A stretch of 64,000 nt of DNA from Planctomycetota bacterium. Lineage in GTDB: Bacteria; Planctomycetota; PLA2; JAEUHO01. The notes under the pieces are model-generated. The model was given only the letters and a program-made list of their open reading frames with translations. It had not been told where the DNA came from and did not search any database. This document shows, one piece after another, positions 1 through 9,771 of this stretch (within the stretch, counting starts at the first letter, position 1; every line of letters starts with the position of its first letter). Location of the stretch: positions 1 through 64,000 of the forward strand of contig CBDCWP010000034.1 of NCBI GenBank assembly GCA_965223505.1. Reading direction: 5' to 3'. Position numbers and translations under genes: made by a program.

Positions 1-681
1 TCTCGAGCCGAAGATGGTCCAGGGGCGTCGCGTCACCGACGCCTCGACGTTGGCCGTCGCGAAGATGGTCTTCGGCGGTCCAGATCAACGTGGACATCCT
101 ATCGGCATTGCGGGTGCAGGGCATTCGCGCCGTCGGCCTCTCGGGCGTGGACGGCGACATCCTGCACGCCGACCGGCGTCCACCGACCGAGATGACCGAC
201 GAGTCCACAGGGAGAGACGACGGTCGTGGACTTCGGCCACGTGGGGGACGTACGCGACGTCGACACGGATCTGCTCTCGTTGCTCGTCGAGAACGGTTAC
301 GTTCCCGTCATCTCCTCGCTCGCCAGCGACGACGACGGCAACATCCTCAACATCAACGCGGACACGGTAGCGTCCGTGATCGCTCGCGACCTGCGGGCGT
401 CCGAAGCTCATCAGCTTGACGTCCGTGCCCGGGCTGCTCGAAGATCCCGACGACGCCGCGTCGGTGATCTCGCGGTTGACGACGCGCGAGGCGGAAGCGG
501 CGATCGCCTCCGGCCGCATCTCGGGGAGGCATGGTGCCGAAGGTCACCACGTTGATCGAGGCCGTTCGCGGCGGGGTCGACGCGGGCATCATCCTGTCGG
601 GCGTCGAGGAGAGCCGCGTTGTTGCTCGAGTTGTTCACCAACCGCGGCGTCGGCACCCTGATCGAACGCGAGGACGCATGA
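1..681 (+). CDS. argB: Acetylglutamate kinase, 5'-truncated by the window and split by five apparent +1 frameshifts
   Basis: Consecutive fragments in shifting frames give GRRVTD..MVFGG, AVGLSGVDG, DFGHVGDV, GYVPVISSLA..NINADTVA, GMVPKV and LLLELFTNRGVGTLI; TGA at 679-681 overlaps the next ATG. Confidence 0.85.
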
Positions 682-1746
682 GCGGGGCCGTTCGTCTGCT
701 GCAGGAGCTCGTACGGATCCCGTCGGTGAGCGGCGAGGAAGAGGCGTGCCGTGACGCGCTGACCGCCTGGCTGCAGGACCGCGGCGTGCAGACGTGGACG
801 TCCGGCCGCAACGTGCTCGGCGTCGTCGAAGGACGCCCCGGCCGAGATCGCGGACTGCTGTTCCTGACGCACATCGACGTCGTGCCCGTCGGGCCCGGGT
901 GGACGCGCGATCCGTGGGACGGCGCGCTCGAGAACGACCGCGTCTACGGGCGCGGTTCGAACGACGCGAAGTCCAGCGTCGCCGCCATGGCGTGGGTGGC
1001 GTCCCACCTCGACGTCGACGACATCGAGGGCCGGCTGGTCCTCGCGTTCGTCTGCGACGAGGAGACCGGCGGCGAGGGCATCGAGGCCGTCGCGGGACGA
1101 GTTGCCCGCGTACTCGGCGTCGGTCGTCGGGGAGCCGACGGAGCTCGATGTCTGCCCCGGCCAGCGCGGGTTGCTGCGGGCTTCGGTGACCGCCAAGGGC
1201 AAGGCGTGTCACGCGTCGCGTCCGTGGGAAGGCGACAACGCCGTCGTCAAGGCCGCGCGCGACGTGCTCGCCATCGAGGCCATCGACCTCGGTGACGGCG
1301 ACGCGCTGCTCGGACCTGCGACGCTGCAGTCGACGGTGATCAAGGGCGGGACGCGTCACAACGTGCTCCCCGGCGAGTGCGTGATCGAGCTCGACGGCCG
1401 GCCCTCGACCGGGTGCGACAACGAACGCATGGCCGACGCACTGCGCAACGCGGTCGAGGGCGACGTCCTGATCCGCAGCAACCGGTTCCTTCCGGTGCGC
1501 ACGGCCGAGGATGAAGAGATCGTGCAGGTCGCCAAGGCGGCGAGCCCCACGGGGCGCGTACGAGGGTTCGGTGGCGTCTCCGACCTCTTCCACGTGCGAC
1601 ACGTGCCCGGCGTCGTCATGGGGCCCGGAACGAGCGAGGAGAGCCACTCCGACGACGAGTCCGTCCACGTCGACCAGATCACCGCCGCGGTCAAGGCGTA
1701 CGACCGCATTGCCCGCACGTATCTGCGGCCCGGAGGAAACGCCTGA
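678..1746 (+). CDS. argE: M20 family amidohydrolase (acetylornithine/acetylcitrulline deacetylase, ArgE-like), one apparent frameshift near 1095
   Basis: LVRIPSVSGEE, THIDVVP, YGRGSNDAK, DEETGG, VGEPT, SDLFH and GPG..SHSDDE motifs; lies between argB and argH. Confidence 0.8.
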
Positions 1747-3140
1747 TGGCCGCGCGCAAGAAGGGGAAGAAACGCGGACTGCTGGGCGGCCGGTTCCAAG
1801 GCGGGGTCCATCCGGCGCTCGACCGCATCAACCGCTCTCTCGACGTGGACCGGCGCATGTGGGCCGAGGACATTCGCGGTTCGATCGCGCACGCCGCGAT
1901 GCTGGGCGTGCAGGGCATCATCTCCAAGACGGCGGCGAAGCGCATCGTCACCGGACTGAAGAAGGTCGCGCGCGAGTTCGAAGAAGACACGTTTCGCGCG
2001 AAGCCGTCCGACGAGGACATCCACATGGCGGTCGAGCGGCGCTTGATCGAGCTCATCGGCGACGACGGCGCGCGGTTGCACACCGGTCGCAGCCGCAACG
2101 ACCAGGTCGCGACGGATCTGCGACTCTATCTGTCCGGGCTCTCAGAGCGACTGCGCGAGCGGGTCCGCGTCGTGCAGCGCGCGCTGCTCGCACTCGCCGA
2201 GCGCGAGTCGGAGACGCTGCTGCCTTACTACACCCACCTGCAGCGCGCGCAGCCGGTCGTGCTGGGGCACGTGTTGCTCGCGTACGTCGAGATGCTGGGA
2301 CGCGACGGGCGCGGGCTCTCGTACGAGCTCGACGAGTGCCCGCTCGGCGCCGGCGCGGGCACGGGTACGACGTTCCCGATCGATCGCAAGTTGACGGCGA
2401 AGCTGCTGGGCTTCTCGCGGCCGTCGCCCAACAGCATCGAGGCCGTCTCGTCGCGGCGCGACGCGTCAATGTTCGTGGCCTCGTGCGCGGCGCTCGCTAC
2501 GACGCTATCGCGCCTCGGTGGCGACATCGTCCTCTGGGCGAGCCGCGAGTTCGGGTTCGTACGCTTGGGCGACGCGGTCTCCACCGGCTCCTCGATCATG
2601 CCGCAGAAGCGCAACCCGGACGGCGCGGAGCTGCTGCGTGCCGCCGCGACGCGCGTGACGGCTGCGCTGCAGCGGCTGTTCGAGATCCAGCGGGCGCTGC
2701 CGCTCGGCTATGCCAAGGATCTGCAGGAAGACAAGCGCGCCGTCTTCGAGGCGGAAGACACCTTGTATGAGATGCTCGACGTCGCCGCGGCGATGCTCGG
2801 CGACATGCACTTCGACGCGGCGCGCATGCACGCGGCGGTCGACGACCCGGCGGGGTTCCTGCTCGCCACGGAGATCGCGGATTGGCTCGTCGCGCGCGGC
2901 GTGCCGTTCCGAGGCGCGCACGAGGCGGTCGGCAAGCTCGTCCGCGAGGCCGAGCGCCGCGACGTTGCCTTGACGGAGCTTCCGACCTCCGTATTGCGCG
3001 CCGCGCACGAAGAGCTCACGGACGACGTGCGCAAAGTGCTGACGCCGGAGGCGGCGGTTCGGGGTCGCAGGGCCTTGGGGGGGACGGCGCCCGCCAACGT
3101 GAAGCGCCGGGTGCGCGCGTGGCGGAAGCGGCTCGGCTGA
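1746..3140 (+). CDS. argH: Argininosuccinate lyase
   Basis: EDIHMAVE, LHTGRSRNDQVATD, YTHLQRAQP, TGSSIMPQKRNPD and YAKDLQEDK signatures. Confidence 0.97.
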   Translation: MAARKKGKKRGLLGGRFQGGVHPALDRINRSLDVDRRMWAEDIRGSIAHAAMLGVQGIISKTAAKRIVTGLKKVAREFEEDTFRAKPSDEDIHMAVERRLIELIGDDGARLHTGRSRNDQVATDLRLYLSGLSERLRERVRVVQRALLALAERESETLLPYYTHLQRAQPVVLGHVLLAYVEMLGRDGRGLSYELDECPLGAGAGTGTTFPIDRKLTAKLLGFSRPSPNSIEAVSSRRDASMFVASCAALATTLSRLGGDIVLWASREFGFVRLGDAVSTGSSIMPQKRNPDGAELLRAAATRVTAALQRLFEIQRALPLGYAKDLQEDKRAVFEAEDTLYEMLDVAAAMLGDMHFDAARMHAAVDDPAGFLLATEIADWLVARGVPFRGAHEAVGKLVREAERRDVALTELPTSVLRAAHEELTDDVRKVLTPEAAVRGRRALGGTAPANVKRRVRAWRKRLG

Positions 3141-3230
3141 AGTCCTCGATTTCCGCGGGGGTGTCCCCATCCCGACAGTCCGGCATAGAATGAACCGGGG
3201 CTTCGGGCTGGAACTACGAACCGGCCGCAC

Positions 3231-4751
3231 ATGAATCGCATCGCTCGTCGAACTTGTCTCGCGCTCTGTCTGCCCCTCCTCGCCGCGGCGTGCGGCGGGG
3301 GCGGCGGCAACGGCGTCGCCCCGGTGGTGGCGGTCTTCTACATCCAGGCGTCGACGCCGGCGATCAACGCGCAGGGCGCCCCGCGCACTCCGGTCGTCTT
3401 CGTTTCGTTCAACAAGGAGCTCGATCTGTCGACGGTCGACGACGACACGCTGACGGTCGGTGAGGTCGGCGGCTTCGGGCAGTTTCCGGGGACGACCGAG
3501 GTCTTCCTGGACGGCACCAACAAGACGCTGCGCTGGTCGGGCACGATGATCCTCGGCGAGGCGTCTACGCACATCGTCGCCGTGAATGCGGCGCTGCGTT
3601 CGATCGACGGGGATCCGCTCGACGCGCCGACGCAGTACGGATTCCGCACGGTGGGCGGGCCCGGCCCGCTCGTGCTGCCGGGACCGTCGAACATCCGCAA
3701 CACGATCGGTTCGCTCAACACGGGTCGTCAGGGGCATGAAGCGACCCGCCTTGCGAACGGCTTCGTACTGATCACCGGGGGCTTTTCGATCTCGTCCAAC
3801 GTCACGGACAGCGCGGAGGTCTTCAACACGAACCTCGAGCTCTTCAGCGAGCTCAACAACCGCATGGACGTCGCGCGGGCGAGCCACACGGCGACGTTGC
3901 TCAACGACGGCACGGTGCTCATCACGGGTGGCCTGATTCCGGGGCCGTCCGCGGGGACGGTGCTCTCGACGAACACCGCCGAGATCTTCAATCCCAGCAC
4001 GCTCACGTTCACCCCGGTCGCGAACGACATGACGACCGACCGCTACGACCATGCGGCCTTGCTCCTGCCGGACGGGCGGGTGTTGATCACGGGCGGCAGC
4101 GTTCTCATCGGCAGCACGTTCGTCGACCTGGACTCGTCGGAGATCTACGATCCGGCGACCGGCCAGTTCACAGCCGGTCCGCAGATGGTGCACACGCGCG
4201 CGACGCACGTCATGCTCGACACCGGGCAAGGGCGCTTCATCCTGGGCGGCGGCAGCGACGTCGACCTGCGTACGTCGCAGTTCAACCTCGCGACCTTCCA
4301 GTTCGAGGATCTCGGGCAGGGCGCCGGTGAGGCCGCGCGTTTCGGCGCGGCGGGCGACGTCTTTGCCAGCGGTGGCGCGAGCGTCTCCGGCGGCGACAAC
4401 ATCGGCCAGGTCGTGTACGTCTTCCCGAACGGCTTGGTGCAGAACACGGGGAGCCCGACGACGTTTCCACGCGCCTACGCGACGGCGACGCGCTACGCGG
4501 ACGACAAGATCCTGATCGCGGGCGGCATCGATTTCACCCGCGGGACGGGGTTCATCGAGGCCAGCACGGACGTGATCGTCGAGGGCGGCGTGGGCGGCTC
4601 GGTGACGTTCGCGGCGCCGATGCGCCTGCCGACCGGCATGGCGTTCCATACGGCGACGACACTGTTGAATGGAGACGTCTTGTTCTGCGGCGGCTTGAAC
4701 GAAGACGGCAGCCAGCCGAACAAGACGAACGCGTTCCTCTTCACGCCGTGA
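3231..4751 (+). CDS. Lipoprotein with Ig-like (Big_5-type) domain and Kelch-repeat propeller
   Basis: Lipobox LAAAC-GGGG; repeated R..HtAT.L.dG.VLItGG...AEiFnP Kelch motifs. Confidence 0.85.
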   Translation: MNRIARRTCLALCLPLLAAACGGGGGNGVAPVVAVFYIQASTPAINAQGAPRTPVVFVSFNKELDLSTVDDDTLTVGEVGGFGQFPGTTEVFLDGTNKTLRWSGTMILGEASTHIVAVNAALRSIDGDPLDAPTQYGFRTVGGPGPLVLPGPSNIRNTIGSLNTGRQGHEATRLANGFVLITGGFSISSNVTDSAEVFNTNLELFSELNNRMDVARASHTATLLNDGTVLITGGLIPGPSAGTVLSTNTAEIFNPSTLTFTPVANDMTTDRYDHAALLLPDGRVLITGGSVLIGSTFVDLDSSEIYDPATGQFTAGPQMVHTRATHVMLDTGQGRFILGGGSDVDLRTSQFNLATFQFEDLGQGAGEAARFGAAGDVFASGGASVSGGDNIGQVVYVFPNGLVQNTGSPTTFPRAYATATRYADDKILIAGGIDFTRGTGFIEASTDVIVEGGVGGSVTFAAPMRLPTGMAFHTATTLLNGDVLFCGGLNEDGSQPNKTNAFLFTP

Positions 4752-4756
4752 CACCT

Positions 4757-4775
4757 CGCGGTCCTCCGGACCGCG
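4757..4775. terminator. GC hairpin after the Kelch gene between convergent genes
   Basis: cgcggtcc-tcc-ggaccgcg perfect stem; no U-tract. Confidence 0.35.
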
Positions 4776-4961
4776 TGCCCGTGATCACCTTCGCTCGTCC
4801 AGCCCAACGATGCGCCGTGCGCGTCCTCCCGCCGCCCAGGGTGGGCAACCGACGACCCGGACGATGAGCTTCTCGCCGTGTCCCCACGGGAACGAGCGCG
4901 GGAACGGTCTCGATGCACGATCGCAAGTGGGTTGGGCTCGCGCGTCGACCGAGCCCCGCGC

Positions 4962-6239
4962 CTACTTGTGGTTCGGCGTGATGGCCGGCGTTCGCATGCG
5001 CGGCGTCGCGCGCTTCAGGAACAAGATCGCGAAGCACGTGTTCTCGAGCGAGGGCCGCTGCCCCACGCCCGTCGTCGCGAACGGCCAATAGCCGGCGTCG
5101 GATCCCTTCTGCCGCACCTGGTCGCGGAAGATGATCTCGGCGCCGTCGCGATACCAGTCGTTGTCGCCGAAGTAGCGGATGCGGCCGAGGATGCCGGCGC
5201 GCTCCAGGCCGTAGAGATAATAGTAGTGCCAGTAGCCGCCCGGTCGGGCGACGACCTTGCCGCTGCCCGATTGAATGGGATTGTGCGTCACGTCGAAGAA
5301 CGTCTGCATCCACGCCATGGCATCGCGAATGCCGGTGCGCGTTCGCTCGCGCAGTCTGCCGGTGAACTTGCGCGACTTCCAAAGCGCGCCCTGACAGATG
5401 ATCAGCCCGGCGAGACCGGCGGTGGTCATGGAGCCCGTGATCGGCTGCGACGTGTTCACGTAGCGGAAGCCGCGCGCCAGCGCCTTCTCCTTCCAGGAGA
5501 GCCGGTAGCGACCGCGAATCTCATTGGCCTCGTAGATGACCGGTGGACCGAATTTCTCCTGGTGATCCAGCAGGAACCGCAACGCGTCGAGCCACACCCG
5601 TGTCGGCACCTTGATCCCGCAGCGAAGCGCGGCCTTCAGCCCGAGCAAGGCATATTGCGTGTTGGAGAGGTCGAACCCGCCGGAGGGGTAACGCCAGACG
5701 CCGTCGCCGCTCTGGGCGTCGACCAGGAACTTCACGCCGGCGCGCATCCAAGCCTTGTCCGCCTTGCTGATGTTCTCCTCGCACGGAAGTCTCTTCTTCG
5801 TGGTCGCGTAGCGCGAGTCTCGCTCGATGTCGAACGGGTCCTTGGCGGGGTCGTACTTCGCGTCCAGGGCCATCAGCAACACCGACACGGAGTACGTACG
5901 CTGCAGCTTCTGCTTGCGCATGTACGCGAACGCCTTCTGTACGGTGGGGCTGTCCGCCACGACGCCGCCCTTGAGCAGCGTGAGCGTCGCCAACGCCGTC
6001 GGACCGAGCGGGTACCGGCCGCCGTATTGGCTGCGCCACGATCCGTCGGCAAGCTGACTGGCGCGCAGCCAAGCCAGACCCGAGTCGATGGTCTCGTGCA
6101 CCTCCTGCCGGAACGCGAGCGTGTACCGTTCGTTCAGCTCGCGACGGAAGGCCCAGTCTTCGTCGTCGTCTTCCGCACGCGCCGGCAGCGCCAGGAGCGG
6201 AACGACCAAGGCACACGTCAGGAGCCACCGAAACGCCAT
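4962..6239 (-). CDS. Secreted prenyltransferase/squalene-cyclase-repeat (alpha-alpha barrel) protein
   Basis: Signal peptide; QW-like repeats GLAWLRASQLADGSW, FLVDAQSGDGVWRY, SNTQYALLGL, YYYLYGLERAG. Confidence 0.75.
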   Translation of the reverse strand: MAFRWLLTCALVVPLLALPARAEDDDEDWAFRRELNERYTLAFRQEVHETIDSGLAWLRASQLADGSWRSQYGGRYPLGPTALATLTLLKGGVVADSPTVQKAFAYMRKQKLQRTYSVSVLLMALDAKYDPAKDPFDIERDSRYATTKKRLPCEENISKADKAWMRAGVKFLVDAQSGDGVWRYPSGGFDLSNTQYALLGLKAALRCGIKVPTRVWLDALRFLLDHQEKFGPPVIYEANEIRGRYRLSWKEKALARGFRYVNTSQPITGSMTTAGLAGLIICQGALWKSRKFTGRLRERTRTGIRDAMAWMQTFFDVTHNPIQSGSGKVVARPGGYWHYYYLYGLERAGILGRIRYFGDNDWYRDGAEIIFRDQVRQKGSDAGYWPFATTGVGQRPSLENTCFAILFLKRATPRMRTPAITPNHK

Positions 6240-6320
6240 CGCGCCCATCTTAGATGAAGCCGCTCGCAGCGGACGACCGGTGGTAGGATCCGGTGCTTCT
6301 TCCGATCGAGGAGAGGCATC

Positions 6321-7094
6321 ATGCAGCGTGGATTGTTGTGTTTGTTGGTGGTCGTTTCGGTCTCTGTGGCCCACCTCGCGCCGACCGGCGCCGATGAGAA
6401 GGCGGCCGGCACCGAAGAGGTGGGCATCCCGACGCCGCGGGGCGTCGAGCTGGTCGGGGTCCTGCACCGACCCGCCGCCTTCAACGGCGTCGCTGTCGTG
6501 ATCGGCTCCGGCCGGGGCTATCACAAGGACCTGCCGTTGCTGGTCCGCACGGCCGAGGAGCTCCAGAAGAAGGGCTTCATCGCCCTGCGCTTCGATTGGG
6601 CGTACTTCACGGCGAAGGGCAAGCACGCGCCGGATCTCTCGACGGAGCTCGAGGACCTCGAAGCGGCGATGAGCTACGCGCGCGGGTTGGACGGCGTGAA
6701 GAAGCTCTACCTGGCCGGCAAGTCGTTGGGCAGCGTCGCGGCTGCGATGCGCGCCAACAAGAAGACCGACGACATCGACGGGTTGATACTGTTGACGTTC
6801 CCCATCCATTCGCCCGGCAAGCCGGACGGCGAGGTGTTCGACGAAACGAAGAAGATCGCGAAGTATCCCAAGCCCGTCATGCTCGTCATCGGGGACGCCG
6901 ACCCGTACAGCGAGCTCGCGGCACTGTATCGCTATGCCGCGGGGTTCGAACACGGCGCGCCGCGCCTCGTGATCGTCCCCGGCGATCATGGGCTGCAGGG
7001 ACCGGAGAAGAACGAGGATCGCACGGCGGAGAATTGCGACCTTGCCGCGCGGGGCGTCGCGCTTTGGGCCTCGCGGTGGGCGGCCAAGGAGTAG
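6321..7094 (+). CDS. Secreted alpha/beta-fold hydrolase
   Basis: Signal peptide; nucleophile elbow AGKSLG, GDADP and PGDHGL triad residues. Confidence 0.8.
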   Translation: MQRGLLCLLVVVSVSVAHLAPTGADEKAAGTEEVGIPTPRGVELVGVLHRPAAFNGVAVVIGSGRGYHKDLPLLVRTAEELQKKGFIALRFDWAYFTAKGKHAPDLSTELEDLEAAMSYARGLDGVKKLYLAGKSLGSVAAAMRANKKTDDIDGLILLTFPIHSPGKPDGEVFDETKKIAKYPKPVMLVIGDADPYSELAALYRYAAGFEHGAPRLVIVPGDHGLQGPEKNEDRTAENCDLAARGVALWASRWAAKE

Positions 7095-7156
7095 CGCCCG
7101 AACCCGAACCGCACCCGGATCCGGGCGCCGCCAGGTGTTGTGGCGCGGAAGGCGCG

Positions 7157-8563
7157 CTACGGATTGAGGATGTGGATCGCCTTCTGGTGCACCGCCTCGG
7201 CGGCTTCCATCATCGACTCGGGCCACGTCGGGTGTGCATGCACCGTCAGCGCGATGTCCTCGGCCGTCGCGCCCATCTCGATGGCGAGCGCCGCTTCGGC
7301 GATCAGGTCGGACGCCTGGTAGCCGACGGCGCCCACGCCCAACACCTCGTCGGTCTCGGGATCGACGATCATCTTGACCATGCCCTCGGTCGTGTTGACG
7401 GAGAGCGCGCGGCCGAGCGCCGTGAAGGGGAACTTGCCGACCTTCACCTCGCGGCCTTGCTCCTTCGCTTCGTGCTCCTGTAGACCCACGGTGCCGATCT
7501 CGGGATGGGTGAAGATCGCCGAAGGCATTGCGCGCACGTCGTACACGCTGTTCTTTCCGGCGGCGTGCTCCGCAGCCACGATGCCTTCCTTCGACGCCTT
7601 GTGCGCCAGCCACGGCAGTCCGGCGACGTCGCCGATGGCGTAGATGTGCGGCATGTTCGTCTGGCGACTCTCGTTGACCGTGAAGTGACCCGTGTCGTCG
7701 ATCTGCAGCCCGGCCTTGTCCGCGCCGACCTTGTCGGAGTTCGGCTTGAACCCGATCGCGACCAGCACGACCTCCGACTCGATCTCGAGCTCCTTGCCCT
7801 TCTCGTCCTTGGCCGTGACGTACTGCTTGCCGTCCTTCTCGACGATGCCGGTGGCGCCGGCGCTCTTGTAGATCGACCCCTTGTTCTTCTTGATCGATCG
7901 CTCGACCACCTTGGTCAGCTCCGGATCGACGCCCGGGAGCAGCGAGTCCGTCAGCTCGATTACGTTCAGCTTCGAGCCGAAGCGCTGGAACACCATGCCG
8001 AGCTCGAGGCCGATCACGCCGCCGCCGATGACGGTGAACGTCTCGGGCACGTGGTCGATGTCGAGCGCCTCGCGGTAGCTCATGACGTTGCCGCCGATCG
8101 GGAGGAACGGAAGCGTCGCGGCGCGCGCACCCGTGGCGATGATGCACTTGTCGAAGGTGATGTCGCGCTCACCCTCGCTGCCGGTCACCTTCAGCGTGTT
8201 CGGCGACGTGAACTCGGCGTGTCCGTGAATCGTCGTCGCGCCGTTCTTGCTCAGAAGGAAACCGACACCCGTCGTGAGCCGGTTGACGATGCCGTTCTTC
8301 CACTCCTGGAGCTTGTCACCGTCGACGTCGACGTCACCGACCACGAGCCCCATCTGGTCGGCGCGGCGAATCTTCGTGACGAGGTTGCTCGCGTAGATCA
8401 GGCTCTTCGACGGAATGCAGCCCACGTTCAGGCAGACGCCGCCGATCTTGTCCTCTTCGATGACGGCGGTCTTCACACCGAGCTGCGCGGCGCGAATGGC
8501 GGCGACGTACCCACCGGGTCCGGACCCGATGACGACCAGCTCGAACTTGTTGTCTTCGGACAT
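7157..8563 (-). CDS. lpdA: Dihydrolipoyl dehydrogenase (E3)
   Basis: VIGSGPGGYVAAIRAAQLG, GGVCLNVGCIPSK redox disulfide, HAHPTWPE. Confidence 0.96.
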   Translation of the reverse strand: MSEDNKFELVVIGSGPGGYVAAIRAAQLGVKTAVIEEDKIGGVCLNVGCIPSKSLIYASNLVTKIRRADQMGLVVGDVDVDGDKLQEWKNGIVNRLTTGVGFLLSKNGATTIHGHAEFTSPNTLKVTGSEGERDITFDKCIIATGARAATLPFLPIGGNVMSYREALDIDHVPETFTVIGGGVIGLELGMVFQRFGSKLNVIELTDSLLPGVDPELTKVVERSIKKNKGSIYKSAGATGIVEKDGKQYVTAKDEKGKELEIESEVVLVAIGFKPNSDKVGADKAGLQIDDTGHFTVNESRQTNMPHIYAIGDVAGLPWLAHKASKEGIVAAEHAAGKNSVYDVRAMPSAIFTHPEIGTVGLQEHEAKEQGREVKVGKFPFTALGRALSVNTTEGMVKMIVDPETDEVLGVGAVGYQASDLIAEAALAIEMGATAEDIALTVHAHPTWPESMMEAAEAVHQKAIHILNP

Positions 8564-8619
8564 GGGAGGTGTCCCTTCTATGGAACGACGGCCGGGCTTG
8601 GCGGGGGTTTCTGCCTGCG

Positions 8620-9771
8620 TCATACGGGCCGATCGTCGAAATAGCGCTCACGCTGGTCTGCCAGCAGTGCGGGCATGTCCGCCCACACGTCGGTGAACAG
8701 CGTCTCGGTGTCGACGGGGTCCGCCGACTCTACGCGCGCAATGGTCTCGCTGATCCGCTTGCCGGCTTCGGCGAGGAAGTCCTCTTCCTGCTCGTCGCTC
8801 CACTCGGCGCGGTTGACGAGCCAGGCGCGATGCCGAAGGAGCGGGTCCTTGAGCTCCCACTTCTTGGCTTCGTTCTCGTCGCGGTACTTGGTCGGGTCGT
8901 CCGACGACGAGTGGCCGCCCAACCGGTACGTGAGGCACTCGACGAACGTCGGTCCTTCGCCGCGGCGCGCGCGCTCGACGGCCGCGCGGGTCGCGACGTA
9001 GCACGCCAGGACGTCGTTGCCGTCGACGCGAATGCCGGGCATGCCGTACGCGTCGGCCTTGACCGCGATGGTCTCGCTGGCCGTCTGCATGCTCAACGGC
9101 ACGGAGATGGCCCACTGGTTGTTCTGGCACACGAAGACGACCGGCGACTTCCATACCGCCGCGAAGTTCAGGCCCGCGTGGAAGTCGTTCTCCGACGTCG
9201 CGCCGTCGCCGAGGTAGCCGCCCACGACGACGTGCGTGTCGCCGCGAATCTGCGCCGCGCGCGCCGCGCCCGTCGCCTGGCTCACCTGGGTGGCGATGGG
9301 CGACGACAAGGTCACGTACTTCGTGCGGTCGTCGCTGTAGTGACAGGGCATCTGCCGGCCGAGCGTCGCGTCGGCCGAGTTGCCGAAGCACTGCGCAACG
9401 TAGCGGTCGAGCTCCATGCCGCGCCAGAGCGCGACGGCGCCTTCGCGCAGCGCCGGGAACAGCCAGTCGTCCGCGTCGAACGCCGCGCCGGACCCCAGCG
9501 CCGCGCCCTCCTGCCCCTTTGCGGTGCCGTAGAAACCGATGCGGCCCTGGCGCTGCAGGTTGAGCATGCGCTGGTCGAGCGCGCGCTGGAACAGCATCGC
9601 CTCGAGCAGGCGCACGGCCAGGCCGCCCGGAAGGTCCGGCACCGGATTGACCTCGACGCCGTTCTCGTCGACGAGCTGATAGAGCCCGAGCGGCCCGGCC
9701 TCGTAGGGATCGGGCGTCGCGGCGGTCGTCTTGGCGGTGGTCTTCTTCGTGGCCACGGTCGGTCTAGACAC
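8620..9771 (-). CDS. 2-oxoacid dehydrogenase E1 alpha subunit (second copy; pyruvate/branched-chain type)
   Basis: LQRQGRIGFY, GRQMPCH, TPP motif GDGATSENDFH..QNNQWAIS, HSSSDDP loop. Confidence 0.92.
   Translation of the reverse strand: MSRPTVATKKTTAKTTAATPDPYEAGPLGLYQLVDENGVEVNPVPDLPGGLAVRLLEAMLFQRALDQRMLNLQRQGRIGFYGTAKGQEGAALGSGAAFDADDWLFPALREGAVALWRGMELDRYVAQCFGNSADATLGRQMPCHYSDDRTKYVTLSSPIATQVSQATGAARAAQIRGDTHVVVGGYLGDGATSENDFHAGLNFAAVWKSPVVFVCQNNQWAISVPLSMQTASETIAVKADAYGMPGIRVDGNDVLACYVATRAAVERARRGEGPTFVECLTYRLGGHSSSDDPTKYRDENEAKKWELKDPLLRHRAWLVNRAEWSDEQEEDFLAEAGKRISETIARVESADPVDTETLFTDVWADMPALLADQRERYFDDRPV

Noticed and set aside
1..1110. Programmed frameshifting in argB/argE
   Set aside because: No slippery heptamers; six clustered events at the sequence edge fit sequencing error
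4962..6239. Squalene-hopene cyclase or terpene cluster
   Set aside because: No DxDD motif, has a signal peptide, and no terpene genes are nearby
4962..8147. Apparent 1061-aa ORF
   Set aside because: Only the part from 6239 is protein-like; the upstream part is an off-frame read through lpdA and the antisense of the hydrolase
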